A stretch of DNA of 56,980 nt from a virus: positions 1 to 56,980 of the IMG/VR virus record IMGVR_UViG_3300025632_000018. One strand, written 5' to 3'. The position numbers were made by a program, and so were the translations under genes. Under the pieces are notes generated by a model that made no database searches, was not told the DNA's origin, and saw nothing but the letters and a program-made list of their open reading frames with translations. Numbering within the stretch: the stretch's first letter is position 1; every line of letters begins with the position of its first letter. Of this stretch, positions 38,110-46,905 are shown piece by piece.

Positions 38110-38363
38110 TGTCCAAGTTTCTCAAACCCCATGTTCATAATCAGAGTCTCCTGAACCCAAAATCAGGAGATCCTGACGGTTTTGTATCTAAAGACGGAAT
38201 GTGGGCTGCTGTTCCACTAGCGGGAAAGAAGAAAGGGTTCTGTATTATACATAATGGTAGTCAAGTGCATAATGTAAAAACGTATAAGCAAGCACTTGAT
38301 TATATCAAAAAGTATTCTAAAATCAAAAAGAAAGCAACCTCTTCTCTTGAACAATTTCTATGA
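38109..38363 (+). CDS. Hypothetical protein
   Basis: Stop-start coupled ORF. Confidence 0.65.
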   Translation: MSKFLKPHVHNQSLLNPKSGDPDGFVSKDGMWAAVPLAGKKKGFCIIHNGSQVHNVKTYKQALDYIKKYSKIKKKATSSLEQFL

Positions 38364-38542
38364 CTGATAAACAACAAAAGCGCAAAGATGCACTTGGACT
38401 TTTTTATGAGAGTGTATTGAAACCAGATCATGAACTCAGAAAATGTGCTCACAATCAAGAATGTTTCTTTGAGTTGATGGAATGGAGAGCAGATATATTA
38501 GAATATCTTGACCGTTGTAGAAATCAGGAGTTTAACCAATGA
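38360..38542 (+). CDS. Hypothetical protein
   Basis: ATGA overlap. Confidence 0.65.
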   Translation: MTDKQQKRKDALGLFYESVLKPDHELRKCAHNQECFFELMEWRADILEYLDRCRNQEFNQ

Positions 38543-38787
38543 CAGCACAATATGTGCTTTTTTTGGTATTTGGAGTTATTTTATATGTGATAGTCATTGA
38601 TCCAAATGTCGCAAAAGCATTTGATTATGTTCTTCAGTTAGTGAATACAAACATTAGAAAGGAATTGTGGTGGTTAAAAAATAATCCTGCCAATCCTGTG
38701 GTAAAATATATGATATACCGTAAAAATCTCAATCTTGCAAAGGAATTGCGAGCAAAAATAAATAAACACCTAGAGGCAAAAGAATAA
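38539..38787 (+). CDS. Small membrane protein
   Basis: N-terminal hydrophobic helix; ATGA overlap. Confidence 0.65.
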   Translation: MTAQYVLFLVFGVILYVIVIDPNVAKAFDYVLQLVNTNIRKELWWLKNNPANPVVKYMIYRKNLNLAKELRAKINKHLEAKE

Positions 38788-38788
38788 T

Positions 38789-39103
38789 ATGCTGTCTACA
38801 AACTACCGTCTTCGGTTAGAATTTATTTGTAAATGTATTGCAAATAACGAAGAGGTAAAACTTGATGATATGGTATGGGCACAAAAACTTGCGAAAGCAA
38901 ACACAACTGCCTATGAAATGTTGAAAAAAGCAAGAAGACAATCTTCACAAAACATTGAGGAAGGTAGTATGGATGATTTTCTTAATCGGATGGGGTTAGG
39001 TGATCCCGACCCATCCGAATATAAAACGGGATTTGGATCTGCTGATGAAATTGTAGATTGGTTTAATCATGAAAAAAGAGACGATTGGAGGCAAAGAGAT
39101 TAA
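38789..39103 (+). CDS. Conserved cyanophage hypothetical protein
   Basis: MLSTNYRLRLEFICKCI...WRQRD. Confidence 0.7.
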   Translation: MLSTNYRLRLEFICKCIANNEEVKLDDMVWAQKLAKANTTAYEMLKKARRQSSQNIEEGSMDDFLNRMGLGDPDPSEYKTGFGSADEIVDWFNHEKRDDWRQRD

Positions 39104-39104
39104 A

Positions 39105-39341
39105 ATGCAGGCAGTAATTTACAGCAACGGAAGTCAGGAGTGTGAGAGAATGGCATCTCTCATAAAATTTCTTGGGGATAACTTTCATGAATATGTGTTA
39201 GGTGTTGACTTTGATGATAAGGCATTTGAGTCAGAATTTGGTTCAGAGGCAACATATCCTCAAGTATCAATCGGTTATCATCACATTGGTAGCATGAAAG
39301 AAACACTTCAATATATGAGTGAGAATGGAATGTTTGTATGA
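39105..39341 (+). CDS. Glutaredoxin-like protein
   Basis: AVIYS...ECER, FGSEATYPQV, HIGSMKE. Confidence 0.55.
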   Translation: MQAVIYSNGSQECERMASLIKFLGDNFHEYVLGVDFDDKAFESEFGSEATYPQVSIGYHHIGSMKETLQYMSENGMFV

Positions 39342-39547
39342 AACCCCTAATCCTTATTGCTTGTTTTTTACCTCTGGTATTGATTTGGATCGTTATGAAA
39401 CTTTCACTGTGGATTGCAGCTGTTAACCAAGAACAGAATTATGTCCGAACAGAATCCAAAAAACCACACGGACCATATGTGGCAGATGCATATGCGGATG
39501 TTGATGAGGAGGAAGAAGAATATGGAAACCGCACAGATTATCGATGA
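39338..39547 (+). CDS. Small membrane protein
   Basis: Hydrophobic N-terminus; ATGA overlap. Confidence 0.6.
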   Translation: MKPLILIACFLPLVLIWIVMKLSLWIAAVNQEQNYVRTESKKPHGPYVADAYADVDEEEEEYGNRTDYR

Positions 39548-39671
39548 TGCTTTATATGAATATTATGCTGTAGAACAAGGTAAACCTGTCCCCAATTGGA
39601 AGTATATGAAAGATGCTGATTGGTGGATTGATTATCTTGAAAGTTTAGGTATTGACCCAAGAAATCCATAG
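39522..39671 (+). CDS. Hypothetical protein
   Basis: ATG 39522 after GAGGAGG. Confidence 0.55.
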   Translation: METAQIIDDALYEYYAVEQGKPVPNWKYMKDADWWIDYLESLGIDPRNP

Positions 39672-39702
39672 TGTTAAATATAACACAAGTTGCACTGAAG
39701 CA

Positions 39703-39870
39703 ATGGATCAGAACTTAAATTGGAACTTACTGCATCAGTTTGCAAAAGAACTGGGTCAAGAAGGTCATGACTACAAAATACATAAGAGATCCTTATCAGA
39801 CACAGTGAGCACACACAAGGAAATTGTGATAGAATATGGGTATAAACAAGAGAAACCTGATGCCCGATGA
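39703..39870 (+). CDS. Hypothetical protein
   Basis: ORF in the early-gene run. Confidence 0.55.
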   Translation: MDQNLNWNLLHQFAKELGQEGHDYKIHKRSLSDTVSTHKEIVIEYGYKQEKPDAR

Positions 39871-40078
39871 AACTTGGACAGTCATGAACAATCTTGAGCA
39901 ATCATTTTCCCGAATTTCTACAGTAGAATTTATGTTGGATGAATTGCAAGAGGCTGTAGATGAACAAAATCAAATGAAAATTGTTGATATTTGTTATGCA
40001 CTAAACTCTTTCCTTCCAGTTTATACTGAAAACTGGGATAAAAACTTTAAGAAAGCATGGGAACAGGTTGTAGTATGA
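39860..40078 (+). CDS. Hypothetical protein
   Basis: ORF in the early-gene run. Confidence 0.6.
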   Translation: MPDETWTVMNNLEQSFSRISTVEFMLDELQEAVDEQNQMKIVDICYALNSFLPVYTENWDKNFKKAWEQVVV

Positions 40079-40281
40079 TACCAGTTTTTGTTGATGATCC
40101 TAACACATGGACCAAAATACAGGTTCCACAAGAGATTGTGAGAATTTGTGAGAATTTTACGGCACTTGATCCCTATAATGAAGAGAATACAATCACTGAG
40201 AAGTTGAGATTGATTGATTGTTATTGGTATAATATGGGATACTATGATATTGCTCCCCCACTCTTTCCTTTGTTTAAATAA
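40075..40281 (+). CDS. Hypothetical protein
   Basis: ATGA overlap. Confidence 0.55.
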   Translation: MIPVFVDDPNTWTKIQVPQEIVRICENFTALDPYNEENTITEKLRLIDCYWYNMGYYDIAPPLFPLFK

Positions 40282-40282
40282 A

Positions 40283-40450
40283 ATGATCAATCCAATCTCC
40301 TATGTAAAGAACACCAGAACTTCTTATTCCAAGTTCTTAGAAAAGAGTGTGAAGGAAGTTCAGGTTCAGTTTGATGATGAAAATCCTGCATGGATTCCTT
40401 ATGATACTTTAATCGCAATAGATCGCATGATTACAAATGAAAAAGAATGA
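40283..40450 (+). CDS. Hypothetical protein
   Basis: ORF in the early-gene run. Confidence 0.55.
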   Translation: MINPISYVKNTRTSYSKFLEKSVKEVQVQFDDENPAWIPYDTLIAIDRMITNEKE

Positions 40451-40850
40451 TGTTATAGAATACACGGGATGCTCTGAAGAGCAAATAAGATGGGGAAACA
40501 ATGATGATCCCACTTCACATCTTATAATTGGTAAAGAATATATTATTGAAAAAGTGGATGTTCGTTCTCAACATACGAAAATAAAACTTTACAATAAGGA
40601 GGGATGGTTTAACTCAGTATGCTTTGAACTGAAAGATTCTGGGGTAAATAGTAGTTTAGAATATCTAAAAGACATGGATCCAGATAGCATACAGTTAGAG
40701 ACCACATCTAAACTCTTTGAATATGAAAAACTATCCAGAGAAATTGAGAACTGTGAAGATCTTGATACAATGAAAGTAATGGCAAGATGCTTTATTAAAT
40801 TGTATCTAAGACATCAAGAAGTTACAACCCAAATTATGAAAATGCCATGA
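40437..40850 (+). CDS. Hypothetical protein (possible fusion of two small cyanophage domains)
   Basis: N-terminal RWGNNDDP...FNSVCF followed by helical LFEYEKLSREIE. Confidence 0.6.
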   Translation: MKKNDVIEYTGCSEEQIRWGNNDDPTSHLIIGKEYIIEKVDVRSQHTKIKLYNKEGWFNSVCFELKDSGVNSSLEYLKDMDPDSIQLETTSKLFEYEKLSREIENCEDLDTMKVMARCFIKLYLRHQEVTTQIMKMP

Positions 40851-41059
40851 GTTTAATTGATCCCTCCGACCCATTGTTCTTTACAGAATCATCCAGTGAA
40901 CCTTATGATCGACATCACTATAAAGTTACAAAAACTGATGGTAAGTCTCTTACAGTAGAATCATGGGAAGAAGCACAATCAATCTGGTGGAATACTCCAA
41001 CATCTTTTCTCTCTCATATTGATGTGCTAGATAAAAAAGAAGTAAAAGGTTTCAAATGA
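40847..41059 (+). CDS. Hypothetical protein
   Basis: YDRHHYKV; ends KGFK. Confidence 0.65.
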   Translation: MSLIDPSDPLFFTESSSEPYDRHHYKVTKTDGKSLTVESWEEAQSIWWNTPTSFLSHIDVLDKKEVKGFK

Positions 41060-41202
41060 TGAATGATTTTTTAGACAACTTAGGTGCTCAACAACACGAA
41101 AAAATGATTGAGAAAAATGCCAGCAAAGAAGACTACTACAACTCGCAAAGCGAAGGCAAAGAGTTCAACAAAAACTCCCAAGAAAAAGAATCTAACACCT
41201 GA
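41056..41202 (+). CDS. Small hypothetical protein (48 aa)
   Basis: MMNDFLDNLGAQQHEKM; ATGA overlap with the upstream ORF. Confidence 0.45.
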   Translation: MMNDFLDNLGAQQHEKMIEKNASKEDYYNSQSEGKEFNKNSQEKESNT

Positions 41203-41365
41203 AGAAATGCATCCATTTAAAGCATTCCCTTATCGATTAGAATACAGGGACGGAAATGAAGATCGAATCTGCCATTTTGATTGTAATGAACACAGACAAG
41301 CACACATTAAACGATACAAACTCAGAAAAAACAAATACACAATTAATGATCTCACCGTTGCCTAA
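41117..41365 (+). CDS. Basic hypothetical protein
   Basis: MPAKKTTT...FPYRLEY. Confidence 0.6.
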   Translation: MPAKKTTTTRKAKAKSSTKTPKKKNLTPEEMHPFKAFPYRLEYRDGNEDRICHFDCNEHRQAHIKRYKLRKNKYTINDLTVA

Positions 41366-41474
41366 CCTAATCGCAACGGGCTTGATATTTCTGTCCGTCT
41401 TTGCTATAATCCTTGCAGGATACATTCACGGGCACATGAGTATCTCTGCTGTCTACAAAACTTTAAATCCATGA
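41346..41474 (+). CDS. Small membrane peptide
   Basis: Hydrophobic helix, GYIHG. Confidence 0.5.
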   Translation: MISPLPNLIATGLIFLSVFAIILAGYIHGHMSISAVYKTLNP

Positions 41475-41629
41475 CTAAAAAAGAATTTACTGGAAAGGGT
41501 GGTGAAACTTGGGAGTGGGAAGAAACTCCTGAGGTTACTGAAGCACTCAAGCAACTTCATGATAGAGTGAGACGTGCTAAACTCAAAGAGCAAGATGATC
41601 AACTAAACTATGATACAGGAGGAAAATGA
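41471..41629 (+). CDS. Small hypothetical protein (52 aa)
   Basis: MTKKEFTGKGGETWEWEETPE; ATGA overlaps at both ends. Confidence 0.6.
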   Translation: MTKKEFTGKGGETWEWEETPEVTEALKQLHDRVRRAKLKEQDDQLNYDTGGK

Positions 41630-41904
41630 GCGATCAATTTATGAATGACGACGAATATGATCAATTAATGAAAGATGGACTGGAAAGGTACAAGAAAAGA
41701 ATGAACAACATCAAGGAAGCAAAACTTGATTTTGAAGATATGGAACTTCTTCAATTGGAGTTTTATGTAAGTGAAATGGAGAAAAATTGTTCGATGGGTG
41801 GAGAGATCCGTCGTCATGAATCCATTTACAATAAAATCAAAAAGGAACAATCAAGAAGAATTCTTGTTAAACTTGAAGAAGAAGCACTCGGTAAATTTAA
41901 ATGA
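41626..41904 (+). CDS. Hypothetical protein
   Basis: ORF with SD AGGAGG. Confidence 0.6.
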   Translation: MSDQFMNDDEYDQLMKDGLERYKKRMNNIKEAKLDFEDMELLQLEFYVSEMEKNCSMGGEIRRHESIYNKIKKEQSRRILVKLEEEALGKFK

Positions 41905-42128
41905 AAGATCAACCAATCACAGTCGAAGACTATAAAGAGCACAGTCAAGAGTTCTTTGATAAGTATTTTTATGTTGCCAAAGAACTTGGTGAAGGTGCTA
42001 AGGCAGAAGACATCCTTAAAATTATGGAGTCTCTTGCTGGTGTTGTTATGAAGAAAAGATCTGAAACTAAAGTAGGACCTTTTGGATTTAATAAAAAACC
42101 ACCCGAAGAGAACAATGATTCAGACTGA
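41901..42128 (+). CDS. Hypothetical protein
   Basis: ATGA overlap. Confidence 0.65.
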   Translation: MKDQPITVEDYKEHSQEFFDKYFYVAKELGEGAKAEDILKIMESLAGVVMKKRSETKVGPFGFNKKPPEENNDSD

Positions 42129-42369
42129 TACAAAACCAGAAGTCATTATACCAGAAGGTGCCGAACTTATTGACGAGTGTTTCTATGTTTGGGCAACTCG
42201 TTATGGTTTGTTTTCTTCTATGACCAAAGATGGTCGTCAAATGCTCACTGGTGCCATTAAAGAAAATGTGACTATTATGACACGATGGCACCTTAAGTGT
42301 GAACAAGAAGGTTGGCCTGAAGGTAGCACTAGAGTAGTGAATAGTGGCATAGTTAGTGGTAAACTTTAG
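42115..42369 (+). CDS. Hypothetical protein
   Basis: IDECFYVW...TRWHLKCEQEG. Confidence 0.65.
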   Translation: MIQTDTKPEVIIPEGAELIDECFYVWATRYGLFSSMTKDGRQMLTGAIKENVTIMTRWHLKCEQEGWPEGSTRVVNSGIVSGKL

Positions 42370-42420
42370 TATATGAAGGTTAAAGTGTTAAATACTTAAA
42401 ACATCCAAACAAATCTTAAA

Positions 42421-42573
42421 GTGGATTTATCCGACAAAAAAGCAACAAAAAAAATTATCAAAAGATCTAAAAAACATCCTGAATGGTATTCTCAAGAAGA
42501 AGTTTTATATGCTAAAATGATTAGAAAGCAATTAAAGAAAAATGAAAGACAGTCTGAAAGTAGACCAGAATAA
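42421..42573 (+). CDS. Small basic protein (50 aa)
   Basis: GTG start; KKHPEWYSQEEVLYAKMIRK. Confidence 0.55.
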   Translation: MDLSDKKATKKIIKRSKKHPEWYSQEEVLYAKMIRKQLKKNERQSESRPE

Positions 42574-42697
42574 AGACGGAACCTTTAGTCTTGAATGGGA
42601 TAAAGATGATCCTAATTGGAAGTTCTTAAATGGTATGACAAGTAAGGAAATTCAGGAAATTGTAAATCGAGCAATCAAAGATCAACTTGACTCTTAA
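42542..42697 (+). CDS. Small hypothetical protein (51 aa)
   Basis: DGTFSLEWDKDDPNWKFLN. Confidence 0.55.
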   Translation: MKDSLKVDQNKDGTFSLEWDKDDPNWKFLNGMTSKEIQEIVNRAIKDQLDS

Positions 42698-42707
42698 TAA
42701 TAAAAAA

Positions 42708-42938
42708 ATGGCACTCTCAGAATCAGTCGAAGCATCACTCAAAGAAGCAGAACAATCACTTCGCAATGCACTTGCATTTGCGGCAAGGCAAGAAAGACCA
42801 ATGGTTTGCAACAATATTGCAGAGATGATAAGTAAAATAGAATCAGTTATCTCTACTGATGAAATTCTTGATAAACTTGAAAATCGTAATCCTGGAGATA
42901 GTGGCATCTTTGACTCTTGGTTTAATACTGATGAATAA
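42708..42938 (+). CDS. Hypothetical protein
   Basis: MALSESVEASLKEAEQSLRNALAFAARQE. Confidence 0.65.
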   Translation: MALSESVEASLKEAEQSLRNALAFAARQERPMVCNNIAEMISKIESVISTDEILDKLENRNPGDSGIFDSWFNTDE

Positions 42939-43012
42939 ATGTGAATAAAAACTTAAATTCCTAGATAATATTGGATTCTAATGTTAGAATATCAACACAC
43001 CGAAAGAAATCT

Positions 43013-43168
43013 ATGACTTTACCAAAAAACGGCAAGAAATTGACCGAAATGGAGGAAAAAAGCATGAAAATTGCCCTAAAAGAGGCAGATATACGTGCAA
43101 TTCATCCTGAAAGAATGGAAGCTCTTGCTCATTATTTGGTAGAAAAGGCAAAAAGTCAAAATAAATAA
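43013..43168 (+). CDS. Hypothetical protein
   Basis: IRAIHPERMEALA. Confidence 0.55.
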   Translation: MTLPKNGKKLTEMEEKSMKIALKEADIRAIHPERMEALAHYLVEKAKSQNK

Positions 43169-43189
43169 AAGTATAAGAACAGTAGCACA

Positions 43190-43417
43190 ATGGAAAACAT
43201 CGAAACTCACATCGCCAAGGACAAAGAAATCCTTGACAATCCTATGATCTCTCCCAATCAACGTCGTCACATTGAAGGTGAACTACATGAATTGGAAGAA
43301 TATGCTGAACATCATAAGAAAGAAATTGAAGCAGGTGATCATCACGATCCGTCATACCTTGAGTTGTTCTGTGATCAGAACCCATCAGAACCCGAATGTT
43401 TGGTTTATGAAGACTGA
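43190..43417 (+). CDS. cp12: CP12 Calvin-cycle inhibitor (phage type)
   Basis: C-terminal LELFCDQNPSEPECLVYED with the CP12 Cys pair. Confidence 0.85.
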   Translation: MENIETHIAKDKEILDNPMISPNQRRHIEGELHELEEYAEHHKKEIEAGDHHDPSYLELFCDQNPSEPECLVYED

Positions 43418-43421
43418 TTGA

Positions 43422-43477
43422 GACAGTTTGAGAAGTGTCACACTGACCCTTACAGGGTCTTTTTTATGCCTTATAAT
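43422..43477 (+). promoter_or_regulatory. Early promoter cassette with terminator hairpin
   Basis: GACAGTT..AAGTGTCAC, GACCCT-taca-GGGTC plus T-run, TATAAT. Confidence 0.65.
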
Positions 43478-43502
43478 ATAGAGGTAATCAAGCAAAGGCA
43501 CC

Positions 43503-43916
43503 ATGGGTACCCGTTCCCGCATCGGCATCCAACTTCAAGATGAGAGCATCGTTTCTGTTTATTGTCATTATGATGGATATCCTGCGTTCAATGGTAAAGT
43601 TCTGCGTGACAACTATGATACCGTTGAGAAAGTAAAAGAACTGATTGATGGTGGTGATATGTCCTGCACCTGGACTAATTCTGGTTGGGGTAATGAAACT
43701 CTGCCTGAGTCTGGTGCTCTGTATTATACTATGCGTGGTGAATCTCTTGAAGATAATGCACCACGTCTTGACAAAGATATGGAAGAGTTTTTCTCTGATG
43801 GTGAAGAATACTCCTACATCTTCCGTAATGGTAACTGGTTTGCTTATGACATGCATCAGTTTGAAGATATGGTAGCACCAGAACCTGTGGAAATCCCTGC
43901 TGGTCCAGTTGCCTAA
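43503..43916 (+). CDS. Conserved early hypothetical protein
   Basis: MGTRSRIG...SVYCHYDGYP...EEYSY. Confidence 0.75.
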   Translation: MGTRSRIGIQLQDESIVSVYCHYDGYPAFNGKVLRDNYDTVEKVKELIDGGDMSCTWTNSGWGNETLPESGALYYTMRGESLEDNAPRLDKDMEEFFSDGEEYSYIFRNGNWFAYDMHQFEDMVAPEPVEIPAGPVA

Positions 43917-43959
43917 GTGTCCCAATGCATCCTGAAACCCTCTCAGGATGCCCTATAAT
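43914..43959 (+). promoter_or_regulatory. Early promoter stem-loop cassette
   Basis: GCATCCTGA-aaccctc-TCAGGATGC followed by TATAAT. Confidence 0.65.
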
Positions 43960-43982
43960 ATGTTCATACAAGGGAAACCACC

Positions 43983-44351
43983 ATGACTGCCACTTTCACT
44001 GACTACGTTGCTCAACAGGATGCACGTAACACCATTCAGTTGAATGTCACCAAGTATGCTCTCATGCTTTGTGATGCACTGCAACAGTCTCATCAGCGTC
44101 AACATCCAAATGGTCGTAACTATTCTTATGCACTGATCTCCGGTCGTAAGTATCATAAAGTGATGCAGTGTGTCGATGGTCAGACGGAATCAGTTCATGC
44201 CTTCATTGATAAGAAAACTGGTGAAGTATACAAGGCAGCATCATACAAGGCACCAGCAAAAGGTGTTCGTTTCAATCTGCTAATCATCGAAGAACGTGAG
44301 TTTGTGTTGGAGAACTGTGATTGGGCAGGTGGTTATCTTTACATTCGTTGA
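43983..44351 (+). CDS. Conserved T4-like early hypothetical protein
   Basis: GRKYHKV...SVHAFIDKKTGEVYKAASYKAPAKGVRFNL...WAGGYLY. Confidence 0.75.
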   Translation: MTATFTDYVAQQDARNTIQLNVTKYALMLCDALQQSHQRQHPNGRNYSYALISGRKYHKVMQCVDGQTESVHAFIDKKTGEVYKAASYKAPAKGVRFNLLIIEEREFVLENCDWAGGYLYIR

Positions 44352-44387
44352 TTATTCCCAAATCTTTTCATTAAACACTGAATTATT

Positions 44388-44771
44388 ATGGCACACGAAT
44401 ACGATCTCACGGAACAATCTGATCTTGATATGTTAGATGAGGTTGATGGTGAGTATTACAATTGGGATCAGAATCACTCTGGTTATTTGTGGTTGACTGA
44501 TGCATGTGTGGAGAAGTATGGATTAGAGAAGGGTATGGATGTAGAACCCATTGACTGGGATATTTGGGATGATGAGTATTACGCTGAATACAAAGAGATG
44601 GGATTAAAGTGGGATCTTCCTATTCAACAATATGCCTCAGTGCATGATAAGGATGGAAAGTATCTCCGTGATTGCACCTATGAAGACTGGGAAGTATGTA
44701 AGGCAAATGGTATTAAGGAAGAAATGTTAAGTGATGAAGGTTGTGAAATTATGGGATGGTGTGACGGATGA
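44388..44771 (+). CDS. Acidic hypothetical protein
   Basis: ORF. Confidence 0.6.
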   Translation: MAHEYDLTEQSDLDMLDEVDGEYYNWDQNHSGYLWLTDACVEKYGLEKGMDVEPIDWDIWDDEYYAEYKEMGLKWDLPIQQYASVHDKDGKYLRDCTYEDWEVCKANGIKEEMLSDEGCEIMGWCDG

Positions 44772-44929
44772 TTGTAAATCTAACAAAGAATGAGATAAAG
44801 CATCTTGTATATCTTCTGGGTAAAGGAGATGCTGATTATCCTGAATTAAATCAGAATTTACTGAACAAATTAGGATCACTGATTGAAGTCTGTACTTGCA
44901 AAGAAAAAAATTCTGAGACTGAACAATGA
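44768..44929 (+). CDS. Small hypothetical protein (53 aa)
   Basis: ATGA-coupled; translated by hand. Confidence 0.5.
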   Translation: MIVNLTKNEIKHLVYLLGKGDADYPELNQNLLNKLGSLIEVCTCKEKNSETEQ

Positions 44930-45084
44930 AAGCATCATCTGATCGATGGATTGTCTCATGGAAACGTGAGAAGAAAAATGGTTACACTTCAACTCAGCAA
45001 GTTGTAGTCTATGGAATCAAAAATGTTGAGCACATTATCAATACAATGGTTCCGACAGATGAATGGAGTGTAACACCAGCATGA
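44926..45084 (+). CDS. Small hypothetical protein (52 aa)
   Basis: ATGA-coupled; RWIVSWKREKK. Confidence 0.5.
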   Translation: MKASSDRWIVSWKREKKNGYTSTQQVVVYGIKNVEHIINTMVPTDEWSVTPA

Positions 45085-45142
45085 CTGCTAAAGAAAAACT
45101 TTTATTCTTATCATCTTTTATCTGGGTTTTACATTGGGGAAC

Positions 45143-45559
45143 ATGTCTTACATCTTTCATAGTGGATACGGTTATTCTCAAAAACGGTGTGAGGATATTG
45201 CCCATTGGTTTTTGAGTGAATTTTTCCCACGACACAAAATTGTGGTAGAGATTGAACATAAAGGTCTCAAACGTGATGGTGTTGTTGGGTATTGTGATGT
45301 GATTGGTAATGATTATCGGCCACGACACTTCTTGATTGAACTTCAGGCACGTATGTCTGAGGAGATGTATATAAAAACTCTTTTTCATGAACTGACTCAT
45401 CTGGCACAGTGGGTAGGTGGTTCTCTGCGGTTTCATCATGGAAAAATGAGGTATTGTCAGGAACCGGTGGAGAATTATGATTATTGGGATCAACCACATG
45501 AAATTGAGGCACGGAAGGAAGAAGTAAGGCTATATGATCAGTGGTTAAATGAGGAATAG
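45143..45559 (+). CDS. Zinc metallopeptidase-like protein (HExxH)
   Basis: TLFHELTHLAQW, YWDQPHEIEA. Confidence 0.7.
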   Translation: MSYIFHSGYGYSQKRCEDIAHWFLSEFFPRHKIVVEIEHKGLKRDGVVGYCDVIGNDYRPRHFLIELQARMSEEMYIKTLFHELTHLAQWVGGSLRFHHGKMRYCQEPVENYDYWDQPHEIEARKEEVRLYDQWLNEE

Positions 45560-45562
45560 AGT

Positions 45563-45619
45563 GTGCCAGTCGGCAAACCGGTTCAGATGCTTGACATTAC
45601 CATGAATCGGTGATATATT
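45563..45619 (+). promoter_or_regulatory. Early promoter cassette
   Basis: GTGCCAGT motif; TTGACA-17 nt-TATATT. Confidence 0.7.
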
Positions 45620-45672
45620 AGATTCATGGGAGAAATCCCCGATCAACATTAGTCTTTAAGGAGATTGTAATT

Positions 45673-46815
45673 GTGTCCAAAACAAAAAAGCAAGGTGCAG
45701 GAACATCAATCGAGCATTATATTCAAGATGCAGCAGAGATTCGATTGACCGCACGTTTACAAGAAGAGGCAGAGAGATTAGGAGTTGCCTCTAAGAGCAT
45801 TTCTTCAGAAATCAATAAGGAATTTGAGAAGGCATGTGTAGACGGTAATATTGAGACTAAGTTCTCTAAGAGTAAGTATTCTAAAAATATAGAAGCAACA
45901 TATCAGTCTATAGTTCAGGATCTTATTAAGAAATATCCTGATCGTAAGTTTTATTTTCAGTGTGTAGATACAGAGTATCGCAATTTAGGAAAGAAAGGTG
46001 ATATTCTTATTCATTTTGATGATGGTGAGAAAATCTCTGTTAGTGTTAAGAATTATCAGAATGGATATTCTTCTATTCAGGTATGTTCAGGAACATTTAA
46101 TTCTACATTAAATAACATCTTATTTGATAATACTGATTGTTCTCCTGGAATGTATATTTCACCTTATGGTGTAAAGTTTAAGGGAAGCAATAGAGAGTAT
46201 CGTGATGGACTTGTAATGAGACAATATCCTGAATTACTTCCTTTCTTTGGTAAGTTGGATAATATTAATGATAGTATTCGTGACTACTATATTAATAGTC
46301 CAGAGGCAGAGCATTATGAAAATGTAGCAGATCAGTGGAAGAAGGATTGTTCTTCTGTTGGTACTGAAGTTGCACCTCTTGTTGTTGAGGCACTTTCATT
46401 TCTACCTAATGAATCGGTTCTTGGTAGAATGCAGAAAGCAACTGGTTTAGTATCTGATGAGCATCTACTCTGTCTTGGTAAAGGTGAATATCTATTCTCT
46501 GTTACTAATGAGGATTATCATAAACTTTGCAATCGTGTAAAGGCAGCAACTCATGTTGAGTTGGAGAGTAGAGGACAATCAGTTTTCTATCATATCTGTG
46601 ATGCTGATGGTGTAATCATTAGTATTAATCAACCATGCACACTGCAAAAGAATGGAGCATGGTTTGCAACCAATGAACCAAAGTTTGAGGGTGTTCGTGA
46701 AAAGAATGATAAAGGTAAAAAGTTTATGCTTAAGTGGGGTCAAAGAAGACCACGTAAGAGTAAAGAACTTGCAACATCTACAAACATGTATCTTAAATTA
46801 AAAGACTATATGTAG
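45673..46815 (+). CDS. Putative PD-(D/E)XK restriction-endonuclease-like protein
   Basis: KKGDILIHFDDGEKISVSVKNY (D-x10-SxK pattern); lies near DNA MTase genes. Confidence 0.45.
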   Translation: MSKTKKQGAGTSIEHYIQDAAEIRLTARLQEEAERLGVASKSISSEINKEFEKACVDGNIETKFSKSKYSKNIEATYQSIVQDLIKKYPDRKFYFQCVDTEYRNLGKKGDILIHFDDGEKISVSVKNYQNGYSSIQVCSGTFNSTLNNILFDNTDCSPGMYISPYGVKFKGSNREYRDGLVMRQYPELLPFFGKLDNINDSIRDYYINSPEAEHYENVADQWKKDCSSVGTEVAPLVVEALSFLPNESVLGRMQKATGLVSDEHLLCLGKGEYLFSVTNEDYHKLCNRVKAATHVELESRGQSVFYHICDADGVIISINQPCTLQKNGAWFATNEPKFEGVREKNDKGKKFMLKWGQRRPRKSKELATSTNMYLKLKDYM

Positions 46816-46835
46816 TCTAATGTTTTGATTTATTA

Positions 46836-46883
46836 ATGAATCTTTCAAACTCACTTGAAAGATTCATATATACATGGTATTCT
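46836..46883 (+). promoter_or_regulatory. Promoter overlapped by a 13-bp perfect inverted repeat
   Basis: ATGAATCTTTCAA-6 nt-TTGAAAGATTCAT; TTGAAA-17 nt-TATTCT. Confidence 0.55.
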
Positions 46884-46905
46884 TGAAACAACCTTTAAAA
46901 AAACA

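Noticed and set aside
46803-46818. AGACTA-TATG-TAGTCT as an R-M controller C-box
   Set aside because: The spacing differs from GACT-N3-AGTC, it is a single copy overlapping a stop codon, and no C-protein gene is seen.
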